Shown here in pieces: positions 49,002-58,396 of a stretch of 64,000 bases of DNA. Under the pieces are notes generated by a model. The model saw nothing but the letters and a program-made list of their open reading frames with translations, was not told the DNA's origin and did not search any database. Position 1 is the first letter of the stretch; each line of letters starts with the position of its first letter. The position numbers and the translations under genes were made by a program. Source of the DNA: Candidatus Aenigmatarchaeota archaeon (GTDB lineage Archaea; Aenigmatarchaeota; Aenigmatarchaeia; Aenigmatarchaeales; JACQIB01); NCBI GenBank assembly GCA_016198755.1, contig JACQIB010000004.1:64001-128000 (forward strand), in the 5' to 3' direction.

Positions 49002-49047
49002 TATTTAAATCTATCTATTTTTAGATATTTTTATCTAAATTTAGATA
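49002..49047 (-). promoter_or_regulatory. TATA plus paired palindromic operators of MNT/HEPN module 2
   Basis: TATCTA-n4-TAGATA at 49012-49027 and 49032-49047 (20-bp period); minus-strand TTTAAATA at 49009-49002. Confidence 0.7.
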
Positions 49048-49371
49048 TTATTCGTATTCCCGCCAGACATGGTTGCATTTTACGCAGCGGTAGAATCTTG
49101 TTGGGGGCTCGTCAGCACTTCTTGTTTGCTGCATCCACCAGAAAGCTTCTTCTGACTCACACTTCGGGCATTGTATTTTTGTTTTAGGCATCAATTCAAT
49201 TTGCGCTTTCTTTTCAACAACAACAACCTGCTCCTGCTTCTTTATTCCTCTGGATCCTATCTTAAACTCCCCGCGGGAAACTTTTGCATAGCTTTTCTTT
49301 CCACAATTCCTGCAAACTAATGCAGAGCCCTGTGGCAACATTGATCCCCCACATTTATCACAGAATTCCAT
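49048..49371 (-). CDS. tfs: Transcription factor S
   Basis: Two Zn ribbons, QTRSADEP. Confidence 0.95.
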   Translation of the reverse strand: MEFCDKCGGSMLPQGSALVCRNCGKKSYAKVSRGEFKIGSRGIKKQEQVVVVEKKAQIELMPKTKIQCPKCESEEAFWWMQQTRSADEPPTRFYRCVKCNHVWREYE

Positions 49372-49415
49372 TTTAACCCTCTTTTGTGCGAAAACAGAGT
49401 TATTTCCCTTTCTAT

Positions 49416-50558
49416 TTAAAGCTTTAGAATATGCGGCAATTTGTTAAGCCTGCGGAGTTTTCCCTTCCAAATTGCCACAAGGTCTTCAATCCTGATTCCA
49501 AACTTCCCTGGAAAATACAATCCAGGTTCGATGCTGAAAACCTGCCCGTTTTTCAGAATATCAGTGCTCAGATGGGAAATTGCAGGGCTTTCATGCACAT
49601 AAAGTCCAATCCCATGCCCTGTGCTGTGTAAAAATCCATCCTTTGCTTTTTCATTTTTCCTCATAGTTTGATACCCATTATTTTCCAGAACTTCGCAAAC
49701 AGCAATATCCACTGCTTTCGCTTCCCCACCAATTTCCACAGCGTTGTATCCGGCTTCCATTGCTCTTTGAACAGCAGAAAACGCTTCTTTTATCTCTTGA
49801 GAACAACTGCCTAAAAGCAAAGTCCGCGTGCAGTCTCCCCAGTATCCTCTCCGGCTGCGCGGGTAAATATCCAGCACCAAAGGGGAATTCTGCTGGATTT
49901 TTTCTTTTGGTTCTCCCTGATAGTGTGGGTCAGCTGCTTTTGTTCCTGTAGAAACAATAAATCCTTCAGGAAAATCCATGCCAAGTTTTTCAGCTTCCAC
50001 ACGCATCACACCCTTTATTTTGCCAATATTTTTCCCGGGCTTTGCAACCTTTGCACCAGCAAGAATAATGCTTTCTGTGGAGTGCTGTGAAAATTCAATT
50101 GCAGCAATTTCATTTCCACTTTTGGTTTCTCTTGCATCAGAGAGAGCTTCAGTTGATTCAGATATTTTAAACTGCAGGCGGGAAGCAAGACCCCAAGGGA
50201 ATGATTTTGGCAGTCCCACATTTTTTGCTCCAGCCCTTTTAACCAAAGCAGTTGCTGTTTCTGCCAAAGCAAGACTGGAAGCTTCAGAACGTTTCAAGCC
50301 TTTTTTCAGGAAATTTTTATAGAAAGAAAAATAACCCAGCTGCTCAAAAGTCAGTATTTTACAGTTTCTATAACACTCTTTTTTTGCTCTGCCAGCCTCA
50401 AACCCACCCACAACTAACCATGGATTTTTGGAGAATAAAGCCAGAACAGGATCTGGAGTTGAGAATCCTGTTAAGAATCTTATGTTTTCATCCTTCCCGT
50501 ATAGCAGGATAGAATCAATTTTTTCCGCAGACAAAAGTTTTGGAAGATCTGAAAGCAT
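49416..50558 (-). CDS. Xaa-Pro aminopeptidase/prolidase (M24B)
   Basis: PH, LD...GDCTRT, HSTGHGIGL-x-VHE, EPG, GIRIED. Confidence 0.9.
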   Translation of the reverse strand: MLSDLPKLLSAEKIDSILLYGKDENIRFLTGFSTPDPVLALFSKNPWLVVGGFEAGRAKKECYRNCKILTFEQLGYFSFYKNFLKKGLKRSEASSLALAETATALVKRAGAKNVGLPKSFPWGLASRLQFKISESTEALSDARETKSGNEIAAIEFSQHSTESIILAGAKVAKPGKNIGKIKGVMRVEAEKLGMDFPEGFIVSTGTKAADPHYQGEPKEKIQQNSPLVLDIYPRSRRGYWGDCTRTLLLGSCSQEIKEAFSAVQRAMEAGYNAVEIGGEAKAVDIAVCEVLENNGYQTMRKNEKAKDGFLHSTGHGIGLYVHESPAISHLSTDILKNGQVFSIEPGLYFPGKFGIRIEDLVAIWKGKLRRLNKLPHILKL

Positions 50559-50602
50559 GCAAGAAATTGTACGCACCAGAATAAAAGCTTGTCTCAGGCT
50601 TT

Positions 50603-51067
50603 CTATTCTTTTGCAAGCCCAAGCGCTTCAAAAACCCCCACTTTTACCCAACCTAAGTAAGGAATTTCAAAAATAGCCTTTCCATGTATTTGCGATGCTC
50701 TTATATTGTGTTCAAAATTCCCCTGCACAGAATTTGCATCCCCTTTTGTTTCATATGTTCCATCAGGATTAATTGCTATTACCCTGTGTATTATTGGATA
50801 TCTGTAACCTCCGGTGGAAGCATCAAAAACAACAATATCCCCAATAGAAAGTCCGCTTGGGCTGGACACTATAACCATATCCCCTTTGGAAAACTCAGGA
50901 ACCATGCTGTTTGAGAAAACAGCAACAACTGGAGTATCTGTATGCAGGGCAAACCCAAGTCCCCAGTTAACTCCAATTGCAATTGCAAACCCTAAAACAA
51001 TGTAGAAACCAGTTCCAAAAAGGCTGTTTCTCTCGTTTACTTTAGCCCAAAACTCCCGCAGATTCAT
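50603..51067 (-). CDS. Signal peptidase I (Sec11 type)
   Basis: SNSMVP...GD, IIHRV, TKGDAN, IPYLG; start moved to ATG 51067. Confidence 0.92.
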   Translation of the reverse strand: MNLREFWAKVNERNSLFGTGFYIVLGFAIAIGVNWGLGFALHTDTPVVAVFSNSMVPEFSKGDMVIVSSPSGLSIGDIVVFDASTGGYRYPIIHRVIAINPDGTYETKGDANSVQGNFEHNIRASQIHGKAIFEIPYLGWVKVGVFEALGLAKE

Positions 51068-51151
51068 AATTAAACACTCTTCCGCAGCCTTTTTAAGTAT
51101 ATTGGTTTCTCCTACTCTAACTTTATATATAGGCCTGACAATAAAATATTC

Positions 51152-53251
51152 ATGCAACTTAAACTACCTCTGCTCTCTGCTATATTCTTCCTTATTTTCC
51201 TGTTGCCAATAGCATTTGCACACAACAGTGTTGACCAGAAAACATTGGACGATTTTGTGAGCCAGTATAATTCTTTCTATGAGAAAAACCCAAGTATTCT
51301 AAAAAGCCTTCTGGGTACTGAAACAATAAAGGTTTCTTTAACTCTTGCAGACGGAGATGTTGCAATTTTCGGTGTAAAAACAGTAGACGGAAAAATAACA
51401 GAATCCAGTCCAACAGCCTATTCCGGTTCCACTCTTGCAATATCCTTCTCAGAAAACACTTTAACAAGAATAGGAAACAGCGAGAATCCTGTTTCAGAAT
51501 TCCAGAAAGCTTGGGGCACTGAAATAAAAATCCAGGGTCTCTCTATTGGAAACATAATCAAGTTCTTTTTCATAAACCTACTCCTTTCTATTCTAAAATT
51601 CTTTTCCGCAGCACCTGCAACAACTCAGATAGGAGTTCAGGGAAGTGCCTTTAACTATGTTATAACACCTCCAGCAGCAGTTTCAAAACCCCGATTTCCC
51701 TATATTATGATGGGCGATTATCCTGCAAGCGAGGATATAGGTTCCTGCGGTTTCACTGTAAACGGAACCTATTATGGATATACAGTAATCCCTGAAATGA
51801 GCTTTACTCTAAAAAAGGATGATGGAAGCTGGTGCAAAACATCCCCTGTAAATATGTGCCTGCATAACATACGTGGCACAAGCCGTCCAATTTTCAAGAT
51901 AGAAAATGCACCCAAAAGTGGCATTTATTATTTGTCTATTAATCTTCCACAAGGCTGGGGAATGGCTCCTGACAACAGGATAATTGCCGCAGGCGGGGAA
52001 GTCAGCACAACAAACAACAAGTCCACACTCAAAGTTATTTTATCCCCCTCCAAAGAACCCCCATACACTTTCTTTGCAATTAAACAGGGCCAGCCCACTC
52101 CAGCCCCAGTTTTGTGCGATGGTGTTACAACCTCCACTGTACCCACAACAATACCTACCACAACCACTACTGTACCTACAACAACTACAACAATAGACTT
52201 TTCAACAACTACTATTGTTGGCTCTCCTGATATGACTTTAAACAACAACGACGTTACAAACAGCACATATATAATAAATAATACGCCCACACGACGCTGG
52301 CCTCAAACTATTTTCCACATATTCAATGTTACAGTAAGAAACATTGGCACAGTCGCCACTGGGCAATTCGATGTTCTTATGCAACCGTACAATATAACCA
52401 ACCCAGCCGTTTACACATTCCACAACCCAGCAGAACCAGACTACAATAATTATAGAGTAAACAACATTCCAGCAGGCGATAAATTCACAATAACAGTTAA
52501 TGCTACTTTAACCGCGAGAAATGGCACTTTCGATCCTTTAACAAACTACCATCCAGCAGTATATTGCATCCCGCTTAATATAACAGTAGACAAGCCAAAC
52601 GTGGTTATAGAATCTAATGAAAATAACAACTTCCTGTCTACAATAGTTTATAATAATTCTGTTGCATTCCCGCATTTCACACCTTGTACCACTTCCACCC
52701 CACCCCCAACAACCACTTCCACTACAACATCCACGACCACAACGACCACAACAACCACCACAACTACAACCCTAGGGATGGCTGATCTGAACGTTACAAA
52801 CGCAACTCTCGTATACCTGTACTACTATAGTGGTGCATCAACACCGTACCCCAACACAAATCCGTATAACGGCTTCTATAAAATAAGAGCCAATATCAAA
52901 AACCTAGGAAATGGGGATGCAGGCCCATTTTGGGTCAATGCTACATTATACGATGGTACTTCGGGCTTTCCAGATACATATGACAATCTTTACAACATGA
53001 CACAGATATATGTTAGCGGCTTGGCAGCAGGGCAGACCACGACTATAGAATTCTTATATTTCAATACAACGAAATTCAATGGACCTCTAGATCCCGTTGG
53101 CAATAGGTATACTCAGGTGAGTGTCATGATAAATCCAGACTACCTAAATAACGTACCGGAGAGCAACGAAAACAACAAGAAATATATAGTTTCAGTCGGT
53201 AATAGGTTCTATGAGGGAATAAACACAATAGTTTACAGGTTTCCAAGCTAA
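51152..53251 (+). CDS. Secreted multidomain surface protein: SCP2-like domain, Thr-rich linkers, two CARDB-like domains
   Basis: Signal peptide; PD..V-x-N-x-G...VD-x2-N-x-V-x-ESNENN pattern twice; poly-Thr; many NxS/T sequons. Confidence 0.75.
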   Translation: MQLKLPLLSAIFFLIFLLPIAFAHNSVDQKTLDDFVSQYNSFYEKNPSILKSLLGTETIKVSLTLADGDVAIFGVKTVDGKITESSPTAYSGSTLAISFSENTLTRIGNSENPVSEFQKAWGTEIKIQGLSIGNIIKFFFINLLLSILKFFSAAPATTQIGVQGSAFNYVITPPAAVSKPRFPYIMMGDYPASEDIGSCGFTVNGTYYGYTVIPEMSFTLKKDDGSWCKTSPVNMCLHNIRGTSRPIFKIENAPKSGIYYLSINLPQGWGMAPDNRIIAAGGEVSTTNNKSTLKVILSPSKEPPYTFFAIKQGQPTPAPVLCDGVTTSTVPTTIPTTTTTVPTTTTTIDFSTTTIVGSPDMTLNNNDVTNSTYIINNTPTRRWPQTIFHIFNVTVRNIGTVATGQFDVLMQPYNITNPAVYTFHNPAEPDYNNYRVNNIPAGDKFTITVNATLTARNGTFDPLTNYHPAVYCIPLNITVDKPNVVIESNENNNFLSTIVYNNSVAFPHFTPCTTSTPPPTTTSTTTSTTTTTTTTTTTTTLGMADLNVTNATLVYLYYYSGASTPYPNTNPYNGFYKIRANIKNLGNGDAGPFWVNATLYDGTSGFPDTYDNLYNMTQIYVSGLAAGQTTTIEFLYFNTTKFNGPLDPVGNRYTQVSVMINPDYLNNVPESNENNKKYIVSVGNRFYEGINTIVYRFPS

Positions 53252-53504
53252 ATTTCAATAATTTTCCTACTTTTTCTTAAAACCTGCCCCAGCTGTAGGT
53301 CTATATAATGTTCATGTTAAAGCCGGATTTGTACAAGGCAGTTGCAGCAATTTAGGCTTTTCTGGGCGAGGCATACATGTAGAAACATCTGTAAAACCAC
53401 GCTCAAAATCTAATCCTGCAACTAAAAAAGACCTGCATAGATTTATGATGACTGCAGCTGTGCCTGGAATGAAAACTCCCATATAGATAGTGGAAGAAAA
53501 TGGC

Positions 53505-53771
53505 TTAGCGTTGCAGAGCTTTCTTGAAGGCAGCTTCCAGCTCATCGCACTTTTCTTCTATTGCAACAGCAGACTTCTCCAAAAGCTTTCTTGGGTTGGA
53601 TCCTTTCACAAGCAATCTAGTCTCAGCCATGAATGGATGTTCTTTCAAAGCAGCAGCTTCCCCCCCTTCTATCCAAACCTGCTTAGATACCAAAGAAGCC
53701 AAAGTCATGCCCTCATCTTTCATTTCAATCTTCAGTTTATCTTTCTGGTCCTCAAGAACTTCTATGTTCAT
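53505..53771 (-). CDS. rpoL: RNA polymerase subunit L (Rpo11)
   Basis: EGMTLASL, AA-x3-EHP, C-terminal helix. Confidence 0.88.
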   Translation of the reverse strand: MNIEVLEDQKDKLKIEMKDEGMTLASLVSKQVWIEGGEAAALKEHPFMAETRLLVKGSNPRKLLEKSAVAIEEKCDELEAAFKKALQR

Positions 53772-53851
53772 GCACTCAGTTATATGGAAAGACTATTTAA
53801 AGCTTTTAGGGGGTGTGCAATGCTTAAATTATAGTAAATATCAAATCCACC

Positions 53852-54358
53852 ATGCTTTGGGAAATTTTTCAAGCGTTTTTAGTGCTCGTAATTGTTCTAG
53901 TTGCTGGTCATTTAATAGACTACAGGGTTTTAAAACCTCTTCACAGAAAAGAAAGAAAATGGGGGCTAAATATATCCTGCTGTGACACTGATGGGGGAGG
54001 AATAAACGCGGATGTTGTAGAAAGGGATATTCCAAATTTTGTTCTCATAAAGGATATTTACAAACTGCCTTTCAAAAACAAGCAGTTTGATACTGTTTTA
54101 TGTTCCCATACAATAGAGCATGTAAAAGAGCCTGAGAGGTTTTATAAAGAGCTTCAAAGGGTTGGAAAGAGTGTTACCATACTTATCCCGCCGATATGGG
54201 ACATGTTAGGCAGTTTTCTTGATTTTATAGAACACCGCTGGCTGTTTTTGACATTTAAAACCAGACATGATAATGAGCTGCCCAAAAGTATAAAACTCCC
54301 ATATTGGAGCTTTATATCTTGGTTGCAGGAAAAAACATATGGAAAGGTATTGCCGTAA
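53852..54358 (+). CDS. Methyltransferase-fold protein with N-terminal TM
   Basis: LNISC, LPFKNKQFD-x-V-x-CSHTIEH. Confidence 0.75.
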   Translation: MLWEIFQAFLVLVIVLVAGHLIDYRVLKPLHRKERKWGLNISCCDTDGGGINADVVERDIPNFVLIKDIYKLPFKNKQFDTVLCSHTIEHVKEPERFYKELQRVGKSVTILIPPIWDMLGSFLDFIEHRWLFLTFKTRHDNELPKSIKLPYWSFISWLQEKTYGKVLP

Positions 54359-54377
54359 AAATATTTCGGGTGTATTC

Positions 54378-55007
54378 ATGGTAGAAAAGTTTGGCAGGGA
54401 CTATTATTACGGAAGGAAAAAATCCAATTATTCTAACTATGAGACAATTGATTTTCCTAGGCAATTCAAAGCTATACTGGAATTTATGCGCAAAACAGGA
54501 GCTAAAAGGTTTCTGGATGTAGGTTGTGCATTTGGCTATCTTGTAAACCTTGCGTTACCGTATGTGAAAGAGGCACATGGATGCGATGCTTCACACTTTG
54601 CAGTCAAAAAAGCAAAGTCCATGTTTCCTAGGGGCAAATTCAAAGTTTCAAACTTGGAAAAAGATTTATCCTATCCGAATGAATATTTTGATGTTATAAC
54701 TGCTTTGGATATTCTGGAACACACAAAATCCATAAAGGAATCCATGAAAAATATAATAAAAAAATTAAGGCCTGGCGGATATCTTATAATATCCCTTCCA
54801 TTCAACGGAAAGTTGAGGCTTATAATGAAGCACATAGACAAAGACGTTACACATATATCTGTTATACCGGAGAAAGAGCTTTTGGAAATCATATCATCCT
54901 GCGGATTGGACGTTGTTAAGAAGCTGTATTTTTTGCCTGTTCCATATTTTACAAAGATATACGGCATACCTGCTGAAATAGAGTTGTATCTGAGAAAACC
55001 TTATTGA
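54378..55007 (+). CDS. Class I SAM-dependent methyltransferase
   Basis: LDVGCAFG, FDVITALDILEH, LRPGG. Confidence 0.9.
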   Translation: MVEKFGRDYYYGRKKSNYSNYETIDFPRQFKAILEFMRKTGAKRFLDVGCAFGYLVNLALPYVKEAHGCDASHFAVKKAKSMFPRGKFKVSNLEKDLSYPNEYFDVITALDILEHTKSIKESMKNIIKKLRPGGYLIISLPFNGKLRLIMKHIDKDVTHISVIPEKELLEIISSCGLDVVKKLYFLPVPYFTKIYGIPAEIELYLRKPY

Positions 55008-55026
55008 AGAGCTTCCATAGGTTTTC

Positions 55027-55428
55027 TCATGTCCTGCTGATAGTCTCTTCTGCAAAACTTAACAGCCTCTCAGCATGCTTTACAGCTGCTTCTGCATCTT
55101 TTTGCACAGCTAATCTTTCTCCATATTCTGCAGAAGTCTTCACGCTTAGCAAAGAAGATAAATGGCGGGCCGCTTTTTTAATATCTTCATTTTGCGGTTC
55201 TATGCTTATTAGCAGCGCTATAGAGTCAGTATGAGTTTCACCAGCATTTCTTATGCCTTTTTTGAACACACAAATAGCATCTGCCGCAGAAATTGAAGCA
55301 TGAATAGAATTTATAACAGCAGCATCCCAATCGCCCGTTTCCAATGCTCTTATAGCGGCATTTTTACATTGTCGAGCCTTTATCAAATAGTTGCCTGCAA
55401 AAGACCTGTCCACGTTTCTTGTTTTCAT
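55027..55428 (-). CDS. HEPN-domain protein
   Basis: HASISAADA, RNAGETH, KTSAEY. Confidence 0.85.
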   Translation of the reverse strand: MKTRNVDRSFAGNYLIKARQCKNAAIRALETGDWDAAVINSIHASISAADAICVFKKGIRNAGETHTDSIALLISIEPQNEDIKKAARHLSSLLSVKTSAEYGERLAVQKDAEAAVKHAERLLSFAEETISRT

Positions 55429-56012
55429 TTTTCTAACACCACTATGCCAGTTTTTATATTTTCTAAAAGTTTCTTGTTTTTTTCACTCTCAAACTTTTTA
55501 GGCGTGTATATAATGAAGGATAGTTTATTTCCATATCTGCGCAGGCATCTATTATCCAGATCAGCTAACATATTAAGGAGCTTATCATTTTCCCTATCCA
55601 CCAATACAAATAGGTCTATATCACTCTCTGGCATATCATTTTCTTCTGAAACAGAGCCGAAAATAATAGCTTTTCTTACTTCATTTATGGTTTGCAGTTT
55701 CAATAATTCCCTTCTTAAATCTTTAAGCGGAGTGTCTCCATCCTTCCATTTCTCAAAAATATGGTTTATAAAATCATATGCATAGCTCTCCTTATTTACG
55801 CTCCACATAAAGGCGGTTCCAATGCGCGTGGATTTTATAAAGTTGGCATCTTGAAAAGACTTAAGACTTTTACTAACTGCCGCATTAGATACTCCAAGTA
55901 TTCTTGCAGTTTCCCGCTCACTGCCTATCACATCACTTCTTATTAATTCCTGCAGTAATAAAATCTTTATCTTCGACCCCATAAGGTTGCATGCGAAATC
56001 TCTGAATTGCAT
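55425..56012 (-). CDS. wHTH-fused MNT antitoxin
   Basis: HTH; IFGSVS-x6-SDIDLF. Confidence 0.9.
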   Translation of the reverse strand: MQFRDFACNLMGSKIKILLLQELIRSDVIGSERETARILGVSNAAVSKSLKSFQDANFIKSTRIGTAFMWSVNKESYAYDFINHIFEKWKDGDTPLKDLRRELLKLQTINEVRKAIIFGSVSEENDMPESDIDLFVLVDRENDKLLNMLADLDNRCLRRYGNKLSFIIYTPKKFESEKNKKLLENIKTGIVVLEK

Positions 56013-56019
56013 ACTTTTA

Positions 56020-56060
56020 TTAACTATTGTTAATATTTAAAGTTAACTATTGTTAACTTT
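56020..56060 (-). promoter_or_regulatory. Paired operators flanking the TATA box of MNT/HEPN module 3
   Basis: TTAAC-TATT-GTTAA at 56020-56033 and 56043-56056; minus-strand TTTAAATA lies between them. Confidence 0.7.
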
Positions 56061-56068
56061 TATTAACA

Positions 56069-56986
56069 CTACAAGGCAAGTGCTTCCATAAGCTCATCTG
56101 GGTTTATTATAGGCTTTGAAAACTGTATTCTGTCTTCTATAGCTATTCTCGGACAGGCTGTATTTACAATGCAGTCCACTGGAAAATCTTCTATTTTTTC
56201 TGGTTTGAGCTCATCGCATGCAAAAATATAGGCTGTCTTCCCTTTCTTTTCTATTATACTCTTTAAGTCCCGCGCAGAAAAGAACTTCTGCCCTGGTTTT
56301 GTGCTGATAACAATCCCAAAAGTTTTAGAATCTTTAGCTCTGCTAACAGCAACTGCTTTCTGTTTAAAAAACAGTTCTTTTGCAGCCTCAGCTGACCTGA
56401 TTTCCCCCCGTTCGATATCCAGCAGGAACAGTGGTTTTTTGGTTTCCAAAGCAACAGCAAGCGCATGGAATTTTCCTGATCCCAAAGAAACAAAACAGTC
56501 AACTTTACCGGCAACAGAAAGCCCAGCATTCCCATCGCACCCTAAAAGCTGCCCAGAATGTAGTTCAGGCTTGTCCCCATAGGGTTTTTCAGATTTTCCT
56601 ATTTCCACTTTCTTTCCTTTTGTTTCTAACAGTTCTTTCAAAACAGGCAGCCAGTCTAAAAATTGCAGGCTTGAAACCAATCCAAAGCTTTTGAATTGTT
56701 CTATTTGTTTCCAGTCCCTTTCAAGTATAGTTTTTAATCGTATGCTGTCGCAGGGAAGCCTGTATTCTATAAACTCTACAGGGATTTTGCTGTTTACAAA
56801 CTTAACATGTCCATAATGGACAATCTTGTCACACCCTAAAGAGAGAGCCTCGGAGTCGCGCAAATCACAGGCTCCAAAGCAGTTCTCTGCTGAAATTATA
56901 ACTTCATTTCCCTGTTTTTCAAGCTCAGAAGCATAGGCTAAAGCCTGTTTTCTTAGTCCAGCAGGTACCTGTATAAGTATTCTCAT
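56069..56986 (-). CDS. dph2: Diphthamide biosynthesis protein Dph2
   Basis: FGACD, HYGH, GQLLGC, FH, TACPRI. Confidence 0.93.
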   Translation of the reverse strand: MRILIQVPAGLRKQALAYASELEKQGNEVIISAENCFGACDLRDSEALSLGCDKIVHYGHVKFVNSKIPVEFIEYRLPCDSIRLKTILERDWKQIEQFKSFGLVSSLQFLDWLPVLKELLETKGKKVEIGKSEKPYGDKPELHSGQLLGCDGNAGLSVAGKVDCFVSLGSGKFHALAVALETKKPLFLLDIERGEIRSAEAAKELFFKQKAVAVSRAKDSKTFGIVISTKPGQKFFSARDLKSIIEKKGKTAYIFACDELKPEKIEDFPVDCIVNTACPRIAIEDRIQFSKPIINPDELMEALAL

Positions 56987-57019
56987 GAGAAAAGCTGCAG
57001 CTGGAAAGCTCTTAAAGCT

Positions 57020-57754
57020 TTATCCAGTGAGAAAACGCGAATAATCTATAATATTCAAATACTGCAAAACAAACGGGAGAACTATAAGCAAAGCAATTAT
57101 AATTGCAGCCGCCTGCAGCCCTTTGCGCATGCCAGCTTCCCTGAACCCAAAAGCCGCCCCAGCTATAATTCCTCCTATATGCGCCCCATAAGCAATATTA
57201 CTCGCAATTCCTCCAAGAGTGGCAAAGAAAGCTATAAAGTTAAAAGCAGTATAAAAGACAGCAGCAAGTATCAGCGGGACAGGTATAATATAGGGGTAAA
57301 AAACAAGGTTAAAGGGCCTCATAATCATTGCCCCGCCCATAAGCCCGAAAATTGCTGCTGAAGCCCCAATAGTTGGTATTGTTGCAGAGCCAAAACCCAG
57401 CAAAGCTGTAAATGAAATAACAAGGTCTCCAACCAGTCCGGAAACAAAGAAAATGGCCAGATATTTCTTCCAGTTTACAGATTCCTCAACAGCTCTCCCA
57501 AAGAAATACAAAGCAAGGAGATTAACAACAATATGCTCAACCCCACCGTGCAGGAAAATTGAGGTCAGCAGCGTCCACCACTTACCCTGCAAAAGTCCCT
57601 GTAAAGAAAATCCAAACCCATCTATAAGGGCTTTTTCAGCTACAGCTCCCTGCAAAAAATAAACAAGCCCCTCATAGAAATAGACAGCAACAATAACACC
57701 CATTAAAATATAGGTCAGTCTTGGTTCCTTTTCTTTGTGCAGTTCAAAAGGCAT
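57020..57754 (-). CDS. Rhomboid intramembrane serine protease
   Basis: FLH-x4-H-x3-N, GASAA, AHIGG. Confidence 0.92.
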   Translation of the reverse strand: MPFELHKEKEPRLTYILMGVIVAVYFYEGLVYFLQGAVAEKALIDGFGFSLQGLLQGKWWTLLTSIFLHGGVEHIVVNLLALYFFGRAVEESVNWKKYLAIFFVSGLVGDLVISFTALLGFGSATIPTIGASAAIFGLMGGAMIMRPFNLVFYPYIIPVPLILAAVFYTAFNFIAFFATLGGIASNIAYGAHIGGIIAGAAFGFREAGMRKGLQAAAIIIALLIVLPFVLQYLNIIDYSRFLTG

Positions 57755-57838
57755 AAACAGCTTTGTTAGGCTGGGAATAAAAACATACCTCAATAAAAAG
57801 CCTATTTAAGCATTCAAATAGCATTAGAAAATGATTTT

Positions 57839-58396
57839 ATGCCTTATGTACCTGTCACAGGGAAAACTCTTGTAGTAAATAGCGTAATCTATTCTGAAGT
57901 TTTTCCTTTTGCACACCCATCATACTACAGAGTATCTCTCTACCAGCTAAAAGCACATGAAAATATTGTAGATAAACATGTAAGAGAGGTTGCACAGCAA
58001 ATTAGGGATGCTGGCAGATTAAACAGGCCAATACCAGTTTCCCGATGGTTTTGCAGTGATGGAGCTGGTATAAAATACTCAGATGTTGTTCTGGATGGTC
58101 ACCACAGGCTTGCTGCACTTAATCTTTTGCTTGGTGATGGGTATAATATAGATCGTGTTCCGGTGCATGTTGTAGAATATACTTCTGACAGGGTTCAGTT
58201 AGGGCTCTGGCCAACCGCGAAAATAGCAAGAGTAGAAAAAATGGATGTGGTAGCAGCAGGACTCAGTGGCAGGTTAATGGAACCAAAAACCACAAAACAC
58301 CTTTTTAATCCACCCCTGCCTGAAGAACCAACTCCTTTAGAAGAGCTGCGCGATCCAGATAGAAGAGTTGTTCCAACAAATGCTGGTTCTTGTTAG
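57839..58396 (+). CDS. ParB/Srx-domain protein (SbnI/SerK-like fold)
   Basis: L-x2-HE, PI-x-V, LDGHHR, VP, PKTTKH. Confidence 0.75.
   Translation: MPYVPVTGKTLVVNSVIYSEVFPFAHPSYYRVSLYQLKAHENIVDKHVREVAQQIRDAGRLNRPIPVSRWFCSDGAGIKYSDVVLDGHHRLAALNLLLGDGYNIDRVPVHVVEYTSDRVQLGLWPTAKIARVEKMDVVAAGLSGRLMEPKTTKHLFNPPLPEEPTPLEELRDPDRRVVPTNAGSC

Noticed and set aside
52120-52770. ACA/ACC-rich repeats
   Set aside because: Encode poly-Thr linkers; no repeat-spacer periodicity, so not CRISPR
53252-53504. Unexplained 250-bp gap with a 77-aa ORF (53312-53545)
   Set aside because: ORF overlaps rpoL and has no motif; no convincing RNA structure by eye. An Rfam search would settle it
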